Positions 39,790 to 52,714 of a DNA stretch of 64,000 nucleotides are shown here, piece by piece. The position numbers and the translations under genes are program-made. Each line of letters begins with the position of its first letter. The stretch's first letter is position 1. Below the pieces are notes generated by a model. That model did not search any database. It saw only the letters and a list, made by a program, of their open reading frames with translations, and was not told the DNA's origin. Origin of the DNA: Octopus sinensis (Eukaryota); the NCBI RefSeq assembly GCF_006345805.1, contig NC_043018.1:2480001-2544000 (forward strand), given 5' to 3'.

Positions 39790-41021
39790 CTGGGTTGTCC
39801 GGAAAATTCGTGCCGATTTTTAAAGGAAAGCAAAAGGTCAATAAATACTTGCCATTACATTTTCAATCAACCAAATATGAACCATTTTGTTGCACAATGC
39901 GTCTCCATCTTTCCTTTAACTGGAAAATACCCCCTTCCCAGAATCGAGGTGGTTTCAAAGAATTCATCAAAGTATCCTTTTACGTCATCCAAGGAATTGA
40001 AATTTTTACCGTTAAGACTATTTTGCAGAGAACCGAATAAGGGGAAATCCGAAAGAGCAATATCTGGTGCAGGAATTTGGTCCCAGTCTGGTTCCCAAAG
40101 AAACGTGCGGTCTTGCATTTTCATGTTGGAAAACAACACCCTTCTTGTTGGCCAATTCTGGGCGTTTCCTTGAATTGCTGCTTTTAACTTGTCCTGTTGT
40201 GTGCAGTATTTCTCAGAATTAATTGTCTGGTTTCTTGGGAGAAGCTCTTAGTACAGAATTCCTTTCAAATCCCACCAGACACAAAGCAAGACTTTTTTAG
40301 GGTTAAGACCCGCTTTTAGGGTGGCTAAGGGTGGCTCATGTCACTTACTCCAGGATCGATTTCTCTGAACATTTCGGTAGATAATCCATTTCTTATCACC
40401 TGTCAGAATTTGCTTTAAAAAAGGCGCCTTTTCATTTCGTTTATAAAGCGAATCACAGAGGGAAATGCGATCCAAAATGTTCTTCTCTCTCAACTCATGT
40501 GGTACCCAAACATCGTAGCGATTTGTGTAACCAAGTTGCTCATGAACGACGGATTTTGATAGGTTGAGGCTTTCTGCCAATTCTCGTGTTGTCCAATGTG
40601 GGTTATTCTCAATGACTTGATTTTGTCTTCATCTGTAGTGGATGCTCTGCTTGATCGCTCTTTAGCAATAAGGCTACAATCTCCAGCTCGGAACCTTGCG
40701 AAACCCTTTCGTACAGTTCTTTCGATAAAAGAAACATCACCGTAAACTAGGCATATTTCTTTGCTTGCCTGTGAGGCATTTTCCCTTTACGGAAAAAGAA
40801 AAGCATCAAGTGCCGAAAATGAACTTTCTTATCTTCCATTTTAAAGGGTTCAAGAATTAAAAGAGATTATAGGAACATAAACTTTCTTCCGCGAAAAGAT
40901 AGCTTAAACTGTACTCTAAATAAATGTCTACTCAAATACTATTCTATGGATCTAACTATGTTCTAAAATAAGTCAAAAGGTAAGCTACTATAACTCGGCA
41001 CGAACTTTCCGTACAACCCAA
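39790..41021 (-). mobile_element. Mariner (Tc1/mariner) transposon, apparently full length, transposase pseudogenised
   Basis: TIRs CTGGGTTGTCCGGAAAATTCGTGCCGA and TCGGCACGAACTTTCCGTACAACCCAA with TA on both sides. Minus-strand fragments read WVPHEL, ILTGDKKWI (TGDEKW motif) and PDIALSDFPLFGSLQNSLNGKNF (YSPDLAPSD region), with frameshifts and deletions. Confidence 0.93.
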
Positions 41022-41026
41022 TATAT

Positions 41027-41058
<32 letters not shown>

Positions 41059-41062
41059 CTTC

Positions 41063-41855
41063 TCTATATATAAACGGCAGTTTGTCTGTCTGTGTGTCTG
41101 TGTGTCTGTCAGGTTGTACCCTCACCCTAACCACGGCTTTCAACCGATTCTGATGAAACTTGACACACACATAGCCCAATGTCATAATTCAAAACTAACG
41201 CAGCGAAAATTTTGAAAAGTCCCCCTAGGTCTGAAAAAAAATCGGTAAGTTCGACATGGGTCGAGAATCTAAGCCTTTTATATGAAACACATTTTCTACA
41301 GACTGTCTAGGGGACGCAACTCGACCTTTTTAACTCTCGGAACACGTGGGGTAAGTATCCCAAAATGTATAAAAATGTACAAAAACGGGCAGCAATGTGA
41401 GTGACAACAACGAAAAAGTCAAAAGTGACCAAACTGAACAAACGATTGGAAAAGGTTTTTTTGGTGCACACGACAAAAGCGGTTTATAATAAACCAAGAG
41501 TTTGCAAGTAGCGTCCGAGGACCCTTAAGGTACGTCAAAAATTCAAGGTAAAACGTTTGGAGTGGTAGTTATAAAGAAAGTGTAAACAAAAAATCTATTC
41601 GAATAACTTGCGGCTGCAGCATCTATTAGCAGAAGTGGCGGTGTGGGGGGGTAAAGTCTCGAATGTAATTCTTCTTGGTAGGAATTGGGTTGGGTTGAAT
41701 TATCGATAGCTGTTTGATAGTTATTTGGGAGTGAAGAGAAGACATTGCAACCTACACATGCGCCTTCGTTCCCTAGAGGGAAAGGACTAGATTGGATTAG
41801 TCGTTGCCTACTAGGGCTCTTACATACCCGGGCAACGCCGCCGGCTATGCTGCTA

Positions 41856-41856
<1 letters not shown>
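41063..41856 (+). mobile_element. Helitron-like non-autonomous element
   Basis: Starts TCTATATATAAA...GTCTGTCTGTGTGTCTG and ends CCCGGGCAACGCCGCCGGCTATGCTGCTAG followed by T. Confidence 0.6.
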
Positions 41857-41902
<46 letters not shown>

Positions 41903-43059
41903 TGTATATGTATATATATATATGTAAATATATATGCATGTATATGTATATATATATATGTAATTATATATGTATATATATGTGTATATATATATATGTA
42001 AAATATATTGTATATATATGTGTATATATGTATATATATACATGTATGTATATATGTATATATCTATATATATGTACGTATGTATATATGTATATATCTA
42101 TATATGTACGTATGTATATGAATATATATATATGTATGTATATATACATGCATTATATATATATGTATATAGATATATATATATAGAGATAATATATATA
42201 TATATAATATATATATATATATATTATATATATAATATAATATATATATATACGTATATAAATATAATATATATATATATATATAGATATATATATATGT
42301 ATATATATATATATGAATTTAATTCGTGCTCACCGCTTGACACCCTGTGTTGATATGTGTACGTCCCCGTAACGTATCGGTTCAGCAAAAAACTGCACTC
42401 CGTAGCATATCTTATCTCGAGACGTAACAAACGCGAACAATGATTAAATACAAAGACATATACATAGGAATATTTTGTGCATTGTTTTCGAATGGGAAAA
42501 ACTTATAGAATAAACTAAAGGAGCAATTACAGAATATGTCAAAGAGGACAATATCGATATGAATAATAAATATGACAGTGTGTGGTGAACGCTCGAAAGG
42601 AAGCGTTCCTTTAATTGTATTTTTTGTTCTGCGTTAGTAAAAGAAATACAACAAAACTAGTGGTAATGGTTAACAAACCTTAATAACAAGGTGGTGGGTG
42701 ATAATTCCAAGCAAAGATCGGTTCAAGGAAACAGTGCTAGGTCACATTGACCACCGAACCCATTGACATCTCCTGGTGTGCAGCGGAGTATATTCTAATA
42801 CATTTATGGATATTGATTAAAGGTATATGATATTAAGTATATTTTTATACTTGAAACCGAATATTTCAGAAAAAGATAATATTCTGGTTATTGTCACAAA
42901 CATGAGATGCACTCACATTATTTTGTTATTTGAATTTCTATAAGAAAAAAAGCTGGTATTCGACTTATGTATTACGCATACAATAATGGTGGGTATCTCA
43001 AAATATGAAGATGTTGAGTAACCTTCGAATTGCAACAAGCGTCCACATATATATTCATA

Positions 43060-43435
43060 CTAGCAGTATCGCCCGGCTTTGCTCGGGTTTGTAAGGGAAA
43101 TAACTATATAAGCATTTTTAGAGATGTAAAGTATAATAGCCATCTCAAAGGGGGTGGTGTTACTGTAGCTTTTTACGTTCTGAGATTTAATAATAAATTT
43201 TTAGAGAGTTACTTCCCTTATATATGCCAAAAATGCATTAAAATGGGAAAAATTGATTGTAATTTTTTTTTAAATCGTAGACTCATCGTAGACGCGCGCT
43301 AATACCCAGAAGGGCTTGATATGAATCACGACTATAAGATACCCGGTTTTGGTTAAACTGCACCGCAAAATGTGGGAGTAGTTAGGAATCTAAATCGTAG
43401 GAGACAGACAGCACACAACCTTACTTTTATATATT
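43060..43435 (-). mobile_element. Non-autonomous Helitron H1
   Basis: CTAGCAGTATCGCCCGGCTTTGCTCGGG left end; internal ATCGTAGACTCATCGTAGACGCGCGCTAATAC block shared with the 18632 and 47053 copies. Confidence 0.75.
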
Positions 43436-44716
43436 CATATTAGGATGGTATATAACACGATGAAGAGGAATAACAAGTTTTAATAGTAGATCCCAACATT
43501 TGCCTCTGCACCTTACACCAGCTTTAGGTTGCTGCGTGTATATTCAAAATGCCATTGTAAAAAACATTCTTTATAATTGTTATACATCTGAATGCTACCG
43601 TGCAACAGCCGTGTGAGGACGCTTCATGTGGTTGGAATATTTAAAGCTGGTGTACTGTTCAAGAACAAATGTTGGAATCTACTATTAAATACTATTATCC
43701 TCTATCTTCGTGTTATATTATATGTTTGTATTCATCTTACGACACCCGGAATACCTGTTACGTAGTAGGAGGGCGTGTAAGAAATAGCAGTCAAATCTAT
43801 TCTATTCTGAGGAAAGTAGCCGTTTACGCGTAACTTCGATGTCACAGACGTTGAAAGTATGCGAAATAACATACCCACGAAACTAAACTAAATGAAAAAA
43901 CCGCGAAACTTAACTCCGTTGCTGGGAAACTCAGACTTTCCCGGTGACTAAACGGGTCACGAGTAGTGTAGTCTAGTATATGTATATATGTATATATATA
44001 AATAAATATATATATATCATAATAATAATAATAATAATGATATAACACACATACATACAGACACACACACACATACACACACACACACATATATATAGAG
44101 AGAGAATATATATAAATACAACAAGTGAAAGACGAAAGATGGGATATACGAGATTTTATTATTCACAACAATTGTTTCGTCACATCTAGCATAGATTCCG
44201 CACGTGTGGGAAACTCAACAACTGGTTCAGGAGCATCCAGCGGTACAGCCGCATCTCGTCGAGTGATAAATAGATACGACTCGTTAGAATAATAGTTCCG
44301 CAATGTAACCTCTCGTTTTGTAGAAAGAAAAACAGCCAGACGGAGGAAATATCTTTATTTGTATTGGAGATCAAAAATAAAATCACAGATGGGAATAAAA
44401 GAGAAACGAACACGCAATAACAGAGAGAAAATTATTAAAAATAATCGTTAAACAAATATAGATGTATAAACGCCCTCACGAAAGCTGAAGGCGCGAGTAC
44501 ACTCGCTCATATAAGCATCTGCGAGAATGTGAGCCTAAGCACAGGTGTGGTTTGGTACATTCGCGATCACAAAGAGAGTTAAGTAGCTACTTGGTGTTTA
44601 TAAGAACGGGAGAGTTAAAACTAAACTTAAGTTATCTATACCTTAAAGTAAATTAAATTACGTTAAAGGTTATTCAAAATATCTTCTCACAGCTTGTTCG
44701 AAAGTACTTATATATA

Positions 44717-45134
44717 GGCGCAGGAGTGGCTGTGTGGTAAGCAGCTTGCTAACCAACCACATGGTTCCGGGTTCAGTCCCACTGCGTGATACCTTGGGCA
44801 AGTGTCTTCTGCTATAGCCCCGGGCCGACCAATGCCTTGTGAGTGGATTTGGTAGACGGAAACTGAAAGAAGCCTGTCGTATATATGTATATATATATAT
44901 GTATGTGTGTGCGTTTGTGTGTCTGTGTTTGTCCCCCTAGCATTGCTTTACAACCGATGCTGGTGTGTTTACGTCCCCGTCACCTAGCGGTTCGGCAAAA
45001 AGAGACCGATAGAATAAGTACTGGGCTTACAAAAAGAATAAGTCCCGGGGTCGATTTGCTCGACCAAAGGCGGTGCTCCAGCATGGCCGCAGTCAAATGA
45101 CTGAAACAAGTAAAAGAGTAAAAGAGTAAAAGAG
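44717..45134 (+). mobile_element. Full-length tRNA-derived SINE (family C) with (GTAAAAGA)n tail
   Basis: A/B-box-like head GGAGTGGCTGTGTGGTAAG...GGTTCAGTCCC and internal (TA)/(TG) tract. Copies at 32790-33155, 35670-35825, 38170-38430, 38695-38850, 42325-42395, 56160-56330 and 62283-62705. Confidence 0.88.
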
Positions 45135-45199
45135 TGTGTCGGCATCTCGAGAGTCTTTCAGAAATTCTATGAACGACCATCTCATTAATCCACAGAACA

Positions 45200-46320
45200 G
45201 ACAGGGAATTCTCGGAGCAGATGTGGCATCTCCTTGAAATTATATTGTATGGTTATGCGTGCCTTATTATGGACCAAGTCATGCTGTACTTCATTTTATT
45301 CTCCTTAAATCGATATAAACAATCTGCCAAAGATGTTGAATGTCTCTTATTGATTGTCTCGCGACATGGCTACAATAACGATTCTCAGATGAATCAGCCG
45401 TCTGCTCAACGTAAAAATACGGCTCTCCCCTTTTGCAAACGGTACATTTATATACAAGATTTGTACTCATACAGAGATTTATCAAAAGACATTTTGATTT
45501 TTCATAGCACTAGCACTTATCATATTTATTTGTATATGAAGCAGTCCCGAATCCATTTACAGCCATTGTTACCGTGTTAGCCGTATCATAAGTATTTCTA
45601 TTTCTACGATTTGGTCGTAATTGGAGTTTATCATTGCGGTTTACGTCTCCTTTGTTGGTATTTAGATGCAAATGTTCGCTTGACCCGGTAGGTGGGTTAT
45701 TGAACCTTTTCTGCATTTAGCTGTTGTATATGCTATGCATAAGCTGCTCTAAATTAGCAGAGTTAGCGTAGGATTATTTCACGGTGTGTCGATTAAAAAT
45801 TGGATGATACCGAGTAGATTTAGGAAAACATTTGTCCAAAACATCAAACAATTTCCCAGCTTATTGGTTGAAACATGTGAACCAAAAGTCGGATTGAACC
45901 AGAGACCGTCCTGTTTCCTACATCTGTTGTTAGGCTTATTTGATCGAATGTGTTGTACAGGATTGGAACAAGCAGTTGGATTATTATGGCATGTGATAGT
46001 TCATTATTATGGCATGGTAGTTCATTGACATAACCAATTCTTTCTGCCCTGTATTCTCTATCTGAGTGAGCTTTCAACCTGTGATGTTGTTATTGTGTAC
46101 AATGGAATTACCAGTATTGTGTATGTCTGCTTCTTGTATATATTGAATTTTTCCCGGTACCCAGCCCTAGCTAGAGCAGCGTCATAATAAGCTGCATGAG
46201 ATTCGAAAATTTTATTATTGGGTGATAATCTAGAAATTATTAAATAATCCCCATATAGATATAAACAGTAAACACAAATGGGGATTAAAGCATTGCTGAG
46301 TGGGGTAGGATTTTATTCAA
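45200..46320 (-). mobile_element. Penelope-like element remnant (RT thumb, linker, GIY-YIG)
   Basis: Minus-strand pieces AAYYDAALARAGY, GLWFNPTFGSHVSTN, LDKCFPKSTRYHPIFNRHTVK*SY and CKRGEPYFYVEQTADSSENRYCSH match the PLE pattern IIWFNPP...NVKTNIG / IDKHFP...IFNRNTVKVSY / GIY-YIG. Confidence 0.8.
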
Positions 46321-46324
46321 TGTC

Positions 46325-46545
46325 ATAAAGGATTGATTGTCATCCGTTAGTCTCGGCAGAGTACGGATCTGTGCGTTGAATTGGATTGACGTTGCAGCAT
46401 CGCTTGTGACTGACCAGGCTAATGCATGTATGAGTCACGGCTGCAACGGTCGCAAATATGGATCGTCGGTTGGTCATTTGTTAATGGTTCGCTCTTCCTA
46501 CGACTCCGTCGGTCCTCTGCTGTCTGGCGTATGTTATCTCCTACA
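46325..46545 (-). mobile_element. RTE-clade LINE 3' end
   Basis: Minus strand RRSRRK...HICDRCSRD (frameshift) LVSHKRCC is the RTE C-terminal CxxC/SH motif, followed by a short 3' UTR ...GAGACTAACGGATGACAAT. Confidence 0.65.
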
Positions 46546-47052
46546 TCATGATATATAATGCCCCATCAATAGACAAGATTTGAAACAGTTAAGAATCTAA
46601 ACATTAATTCGTACATAGCCAACATTAGCCCTAATTCCTATCAGTAATTACATCAAAATATTACACATACACACACATACACGCACATGCACACACACAT
46701 ACACACACATATAGTTACAATAATCTAAGAATGGGATTTATAAACATATAATGCATCGCTACGCGCGCATCCACAAATCCCATGTCTCTTAACATCACAT
46801 TCAGTATTCCTGAGATAATTACAGTGTAGTCTGTCTTATCCGTGGGCCTCGGGTTCGTAATCTTCATGAATTCATTTCATCAGGTGATATAAAATGGATT
46901 CATGAAGTTGATTTACCCGACGCTCAAGGATACTACAGTCTAAACAGTAATTATTCTATCAACATGGACTGTGATCTTTAGAGACATGTGATCTGCGGAA
47001 ACTCGCATTAAATGGCTATAAATTCCCTCCAAGGATTATTTTTAGTACTATA

Positions 47053-47565
47053 CTAGCAGTATCGCCCGGAGTTGCTTGGGTTTGTAAGGGAAATAACTAT
47101 ATAAGCATTTTTAGAGAGTTACTTCCCTTATAGATGCCAATTCGGGCTTTCTTAGCCATTTCTGTTTTGGTGTCTTCAAGCCATAAAGTCGCTGTTCTAA
47201 AAGAACGCTGGTCTCCTTGACAACGCTTTACGACGTTGATTTCCTTACACTCCCTTCCCCACAGCTTCACGAGGGAGGGAAGAAGGGGGAGAAGCAAACA
47301 GGTGCAGGTGTGACCATGGACGCCAACTCCGCCGCCATCGACACACGAAACATTATGCATTAAAATGGAATAAAAAATGATGTTAAATTATTTTTTAAAT
47401 CGTAGACTCATCGTAGACGCGCGCTAATACTCAGACGGGCTCGATATGAATCACGACTATAAGATACCCGAATTTGGTTAAACTGCACCGCAAAATGTGG
47501 GAGTAGTTAGGAATCTAAATCGAAGGGGACAGACACTCACACAACTACAGTTTTATATATATAGA
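47053..47565 (-). mobile_element. Non-autonomous Helitron H1 (long form)
   Basis: Same termini as the other H1 copies, with an extra ~230-bp GC-richer internal segment (about 47130-47360). Confidence 0.75.
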
Positions 47566-48124
47566 TTAATCCTACATTACATCGGTACAGCTCAATGCAT
47601 CCCTAAAAAACTGGTTCATTGGTCAACATCATTAGACTGTGGCCAACATAATGGAATGGGAATTTTATTGGCATATTCAAACGTTTTCCGTTAACAAACT
47701 TAATATATACACTACAAGAGAGAAGATGATGGGTGGAAAGGTTGGTCATTCCCTTAAAATTCTGTGTAAATTCTTGAATATAATTACTTCTACACTACCA
47801 AAATTTTTCATGAGCTTAACATAATTATAAATTTATTTTACTACCTATTTTGAACACTTTTATGTAAACTGTTTAAACAAAACGCCTCACTAAACATTTT
47901 ATCATCATTGTCAAAGATGTTAACATTACTTTTATCATAATCAAAGACTGTATAACTGTATTTTAACACAATTATGATAACCATTTTGTACCATAACAAA
48001 GCTTCTATAAAGCTATACATTTTACTTTTGATAATGTTTTCTCTTTAAAAAATTTAAACCGGTCAAATCAACAAACATCATTAAAATACTTCTGTATTTT
48101 CAAACCATCTTTCCTATATATATA

Positions 48125-49310
48125 CTAGCATTATGACCCGTCGTTGCCGAGTCATAGTGCTACTGCATGTATATATGTGTATATATATGTATACATATTA
48201 CATGTACATCTATATATATATATATACATCTATACATAAAATACAAAATACAAAGTTATATCTTGATATCGCTAGTGATAACAATACTCAAAATATATAA
48301 CAGACTGGAATTGTAAGCCCGTCTCTTGCAATTTCGATCAATTGTATCTTGTTTTCCCTCTTGTATACAAGTGTGGCTACAATCAAGCCTACCTCAACTT
48401 CGGGGTGGGGGAGATTTAAAATTTTTATCTGGCACGTCCTACGTCGCAGATATAAAGGTAAAAATAAAATATTTCCACTTTGCAAGTTCGAGTCGAGTAT
48501 TCCCTTGCGCGCTCCATTGACTCGAACCTTGCTTCTATTGTGGCGAATTTACCGCCTTTTGTTAGATATCTTTCGTAGTCGCACCAAGACACTTTTCGAA
48601 GGTGCTTTCCTCCATGTGTTCAAATCTTCTTTTTCCTCTACATTGTATACTTTATAGGCAATAGTCTTTTCTTTAATTTAATTTTTTATTATCCATCTGG
48701 ACTATTCCATTTCTGCACGCTAATTATATTTTTAATTTATTCCTATTCATGTGAAACCACTTATTCAAGTTCAAGTCATTGATGCAATTTTATACCAATT
48801 GCTATTTTTACTTTTGTTATGTTACGATTATATTATACTTTAGTTTGATTTTAATTATTTCTTATTACATATAATTCAATTAATATTATTATTTGTATTG
48901 TTAAAGTGAAAGTATCTGACATAAAATAAAGAAATGTTTTTGTTTCACTTTTAACACGTAATACTGAAATAGTGGAGAAGATATGATATTGCTATGGGCT
49001 CGCTCTAGGCAAGAAGTTGAACATTTTTTTGCCCAAAAAACTACATGGACCGTAAGTAAGGCATGTGTAAAATTTGAATGAAATTGGTTGTGTATTTCTC
49101 AAGTTTTAGGGAATCGTAGTGGAGAAGATATGCTATTACTGTGGGCTCGCCCTAGGCAAAAAGTTAAACATTTTTGCCGATGACACTCCCCGGACCCTAA
49201 GTAAGGCATGTGTAAAATTTGAATGAAATTGGTTGTGTAGTTCTCAAGTTTTAGGGAAACACACAGACAGACAGACAGACACGCATTCTCAGTTTTATAT
49301 ATATATATAA
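48125..49310 (-). mobile_element. Helitron-like element H2 with subterminal ~150-bp duplication and LINE cargo
   Basis: 3' end CTAGCATTATGACCCGTCGTTGCCGAGTCAT (hairpin plus CTAG). 5' region ...GACAGACAGACACGCATTCTCAGTTTTATATA. Duplicated blocks at about 48970-49110 and 49120-49260. Confidence 0.6.
48290..48680 (-). mobile_element. L1/Tx1-like ORF1 remnant inside Helitron termini
   Basis: Frameshifted ERYLTKGGKFATIEARFESMERAREYST / SGNILFLPLYLRRRTCQIKILNLPHPEV is homologous to the 23821-24042 peptide. Confidence 0.5.
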
Positions 49311-49639
49311 TATAGGATAAACTTGTGTCTCAAGATGTGCTGGAGAATATTCAATTTGGGTATATTTGGGGTACTTAGGTGTGCTCATGACTTAGTGCTT
49401 GCTTCTTCCATGGGTATGAGTAAGTATTTAATTTATTTCTTACGCATTTATCGTTGACGAGGAGAAAATTCTTATGAATTAACGCTGAAATTGGGACCGA
49501 TACGATAATAACGGAATTTGTTAGAAATTTCTGTCGGCTTACTTCGAGACGCGTATATATAGCGATAAATTATATGGTTATTGACAATTTGTCTATTTTT
49601 GGCATTAGAATTTTTTTCTTTTGCCTTTGTTTATAAGTT

Positions 49640-49685
<46 letters not shown>

Positions 49686-50388
49686 AGGGAGAGACAGCAG
49701 TTGTAGTATGGAAGAGTTATACGCGCGTCACTGCATCCACCATCAGTTGGTGATTTTCTGCTCCTGGTAGATGACAACTTTTCCGTACTCGGGCAACAAT
49801 AATCTAACTGATAGCTGTGTTTGGGCAGTTTTGCCCCCGAGGGTCTTACTGGGCCGGAGTACAAATTCTACCTCACCATCTGTTGTAGAACAGGTAGAGG
49901 GAACGTTCAGTGTATTCTCTGACATGCTCGACCCCACACAGCACAGAAGCCTCCGACCCGATATATGCATTGACATGTATTAACCACAATATTTATAAGA
50001 ATGCAAAGACATTTCTACCTCGATTATTGAAACATTGTAATTTATATAACTAGAAACTTACACGTCATCAATCAAAAATCAACTTCAACTGCGAACACAT
50101 TCACAGCAGAACATGCACAATCGTAAACAGCGGCGTGCCAAATCGGTTTTATATGTGTGCTCAGGTGTGAAAATCCGAGTAAAGCAATATTATGCACGTA
50201 AGGTATTACCTTACAAGTATTTACTTACAAAAATCTCTGCGCGTGTCAGCATGACTGTGTGTGTCCGCATCAGAAAGAACGAATTGAATATGCCGAGAGT
50301 GATTACAATTTTGGAAACGTAAATACACCAGCAAAACGTATCTCAAGTGAATGCAGACAAAGACAATTGACTGAAGAATAATGATATA

Positions 50389-50453
50389 GAAGAAGAAGAA
50401 GAAGAAGAAGAAGAAGAAGAAGAAGAAGAAGAAGAAGAAGAAGAAGAAGAAGA
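50389..50453. repeat. (GAA)n
   Basis: About 21 pure units. Confidence 0.95.
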
Positions 50454-50697
50454 AAAGCCATTCACATGGGAAACGTTTTACGAAAAATGAACGAAAAGGA
50501 AACAAAAATAAAGATACATTTTCAATTTCCAATTAAATTACATACGTTAGCATGTATGCGTATAGGAGTATAAATATAAACACATATATAGCTTATACAC
50601 ACATAACATGTATAACTATATATACATACATCCACACACACTCACACAAACGCATACATACGCATATATATACATATATATACATATATATATAAAC

Positions 50698-50740
<43 letters not shown>

Positions 50741-51596
50741 AACATGCATACATATATGTATATATATATATATATATATTTAGATGCATGGACAGTTATA
50801 TATGTGCGTATGAGTTAATGTTAATTATTTCACAACTTGCACTGATGCCAAGCAGTATCTTGAGAAAATATGAACGGAAATTTGATGCCAATCTTATTAT
50901 CAATAGAACGTATAATTGGGTGTGTTGTGTTTTCAAAGAATAATTGAGAAATATAGCTTGAAACAGTTAAACATAAATACACAAAGTTATTGTTAGCTAA
51001 AATTTTGATTGCGTCAAAAAGCTCATTAATACCTCGAAAGTGTGGAGTAGGCGTGCATGGGAATGTATTTCTGCATTTGTATATATATGCACAATCATAT
51101 GTGTGCATGTATTTATGTATGCGTATGTGTATACATACATATATATATATATATACACATAGATGCATATATGGAGTGGTTCATACATGCACATACTCCC
51201 ACACACACACACGCTCATATATACACGCACGTAAGCACATACACACATATACTCTCAGCTATGCATATATACTCGTGTGTATGCGTCCGGTTGTATATTT
51301 GTACTTATATATATGTAGAGGTAATTCATATTACATAGAGGAGAGATATGTGTTTAATTTGAAATTAAAATTTTGGATGAGTTTTCTGGATGTTTCAGCA
51401 TATAATACGCTGTTATTTTGAATGCTATGTGTGGTATAAATTCTTGAATATTCATCTGTCCATGTATGTATTATATGTAATTAAATATGTGTGTATTTAT
51501 GATTTTAATGAGTATAAGAATGTTACTTATTGGAAATCTATCAAATGCGAGCTCATTCCTGCGTAGATGTGTGTATGTAATATATGCATATATATA

Positions 51597-51644
<48 letters not shown>

Positions 51645-51697
51645 TAATATACTTACGTATAGGGTCAAAAAGTGGGTACGTAGCCGCCATGTATATA

Positions 51698-51909
51698 TGT
51701 AAAAGTAAAAAAAATATACAAACTGGGACAAGAACGTGAAACATTTAGAAGACGACACAAAATAAAAGATTAATCAGCCGAAATTGCGAAGATGATCCGG
51801 TTCTTGACTGATGATGAGGGCTTCGAATGTCCCGTCCGTGTTTTTTTTGTGTCGTCTTCTAAATGTTTCACGTTCTTGTCCCAGTTTGTATATTTTTTTA
51901 CTTTTACAT
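51698..51909. repeat. Inverted repeat, ~65-bp arms, ~82-bp spacer, (TA)n-flanked
   Basis: ATGTAAAAGTAAAAAAAATATACAAACTGGGACAAGAACGTGAAACATTTAGAAGACGACACAAAA is mirrored at 51845-51909. Confidence 0.9.
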
Positions 51910-52385
51910 TTATATATATATATATATACCTGCTTGCATCAGCTAATCTATGTTGTGTTTCGTATTCACATGAAGCATAATTTCTTACTTCATATGTATT
52001 TTCAATCACGCATGCACCGTTGTTTGTTTTTTTTTTGTTATATACAAGTCCTCCAGATTTTCCCCAAACCTACATTACCATATAAAAATATAGTTCTAAT
52101 CAATAATTTTTTGTCTCATTGCAAATGAAAATAAATTGTACAATCGTGTACAGAATGCAATTGATAACACCAAGTAATTTTTTTCTTATGGCGGGATGGG
52201 CGAGCAGAAGTGTTATTGAGAACCTTTAAAAATTTTAATGGCGATGGTGATTATGTTGTTGGTACTTGTTGTTGCGTTTTGTGCTTCGTGTATCTTCGTG
52301 ACTTTTCTCTGTCATTGGCCGTGAAAGGGATAATAATCCCTCAACTAAATATTAACGGGAAATATGTTTAACGTATATTACATAC

Positions 52386-52714
52386 ACGTGAGGGCGCGTG
52401 GCTTAGTGGTTAGGGCATTCGGCTCATGATCGTAAGGTTGTGAGTTCGATTCCCGGCGACGCGTTGTGTCCTTGAGCAAGACACTTTATTTCACGTTGCT
52501 CCAGTCCACTCAGCTGGCAAAAATGAGTTGTACTTGTATTTCAAAGGGTCAGCCTTGTCACTCTCTGTGTCACGCTGATTATCCCCGAGAACTACGTTAA
52601 GGGTACACGTGTCTGTGGAATGCTCAGCCATTTGCACGTTAATTTCACGAGCAAGCTGTTCCGTTGATCGTATCAGCTGGGACCCTCGTCGTCGTAACCG
52701 GCGGAGTCTTTTTT
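52386..52714 (+). mobile_element. tRNA-derived SINE family B with 12-bp TSD
   Basis: Head GGGCGCGTGGCTTAGTGGTTAG...GAGTTCGATTCCCGG, CORE-like GTGTCCTTGAGCAAGACACTT..., and the same tail as 10153-10533. TSD TATATTACATAC at 52374-85 and 52715-26. Confidence 0.88.

Noticed and set aside
44163-44185. GAC-GAAAC-AATT-GTT on the minus strand
   Set aside because: Only the 3' half of a PLE-type hammerhead; no CUGANGA or matching stem II found, so it is not listed as a ribozyme.
44717-44800. tRNA-like sequences at SINE heads (also 10460-10533 and 52390-52460)
   Set aside because: A/B boxes are present but no complete cloverleaf, and each continues into a SINE body.
49690-50000. GC-richer ORF-like segment (..QLSVRLLLPEYGKVV..) as LINE ORF1 or cadherin
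   Set aside because: Similarity is too short and ambiguous to assign.
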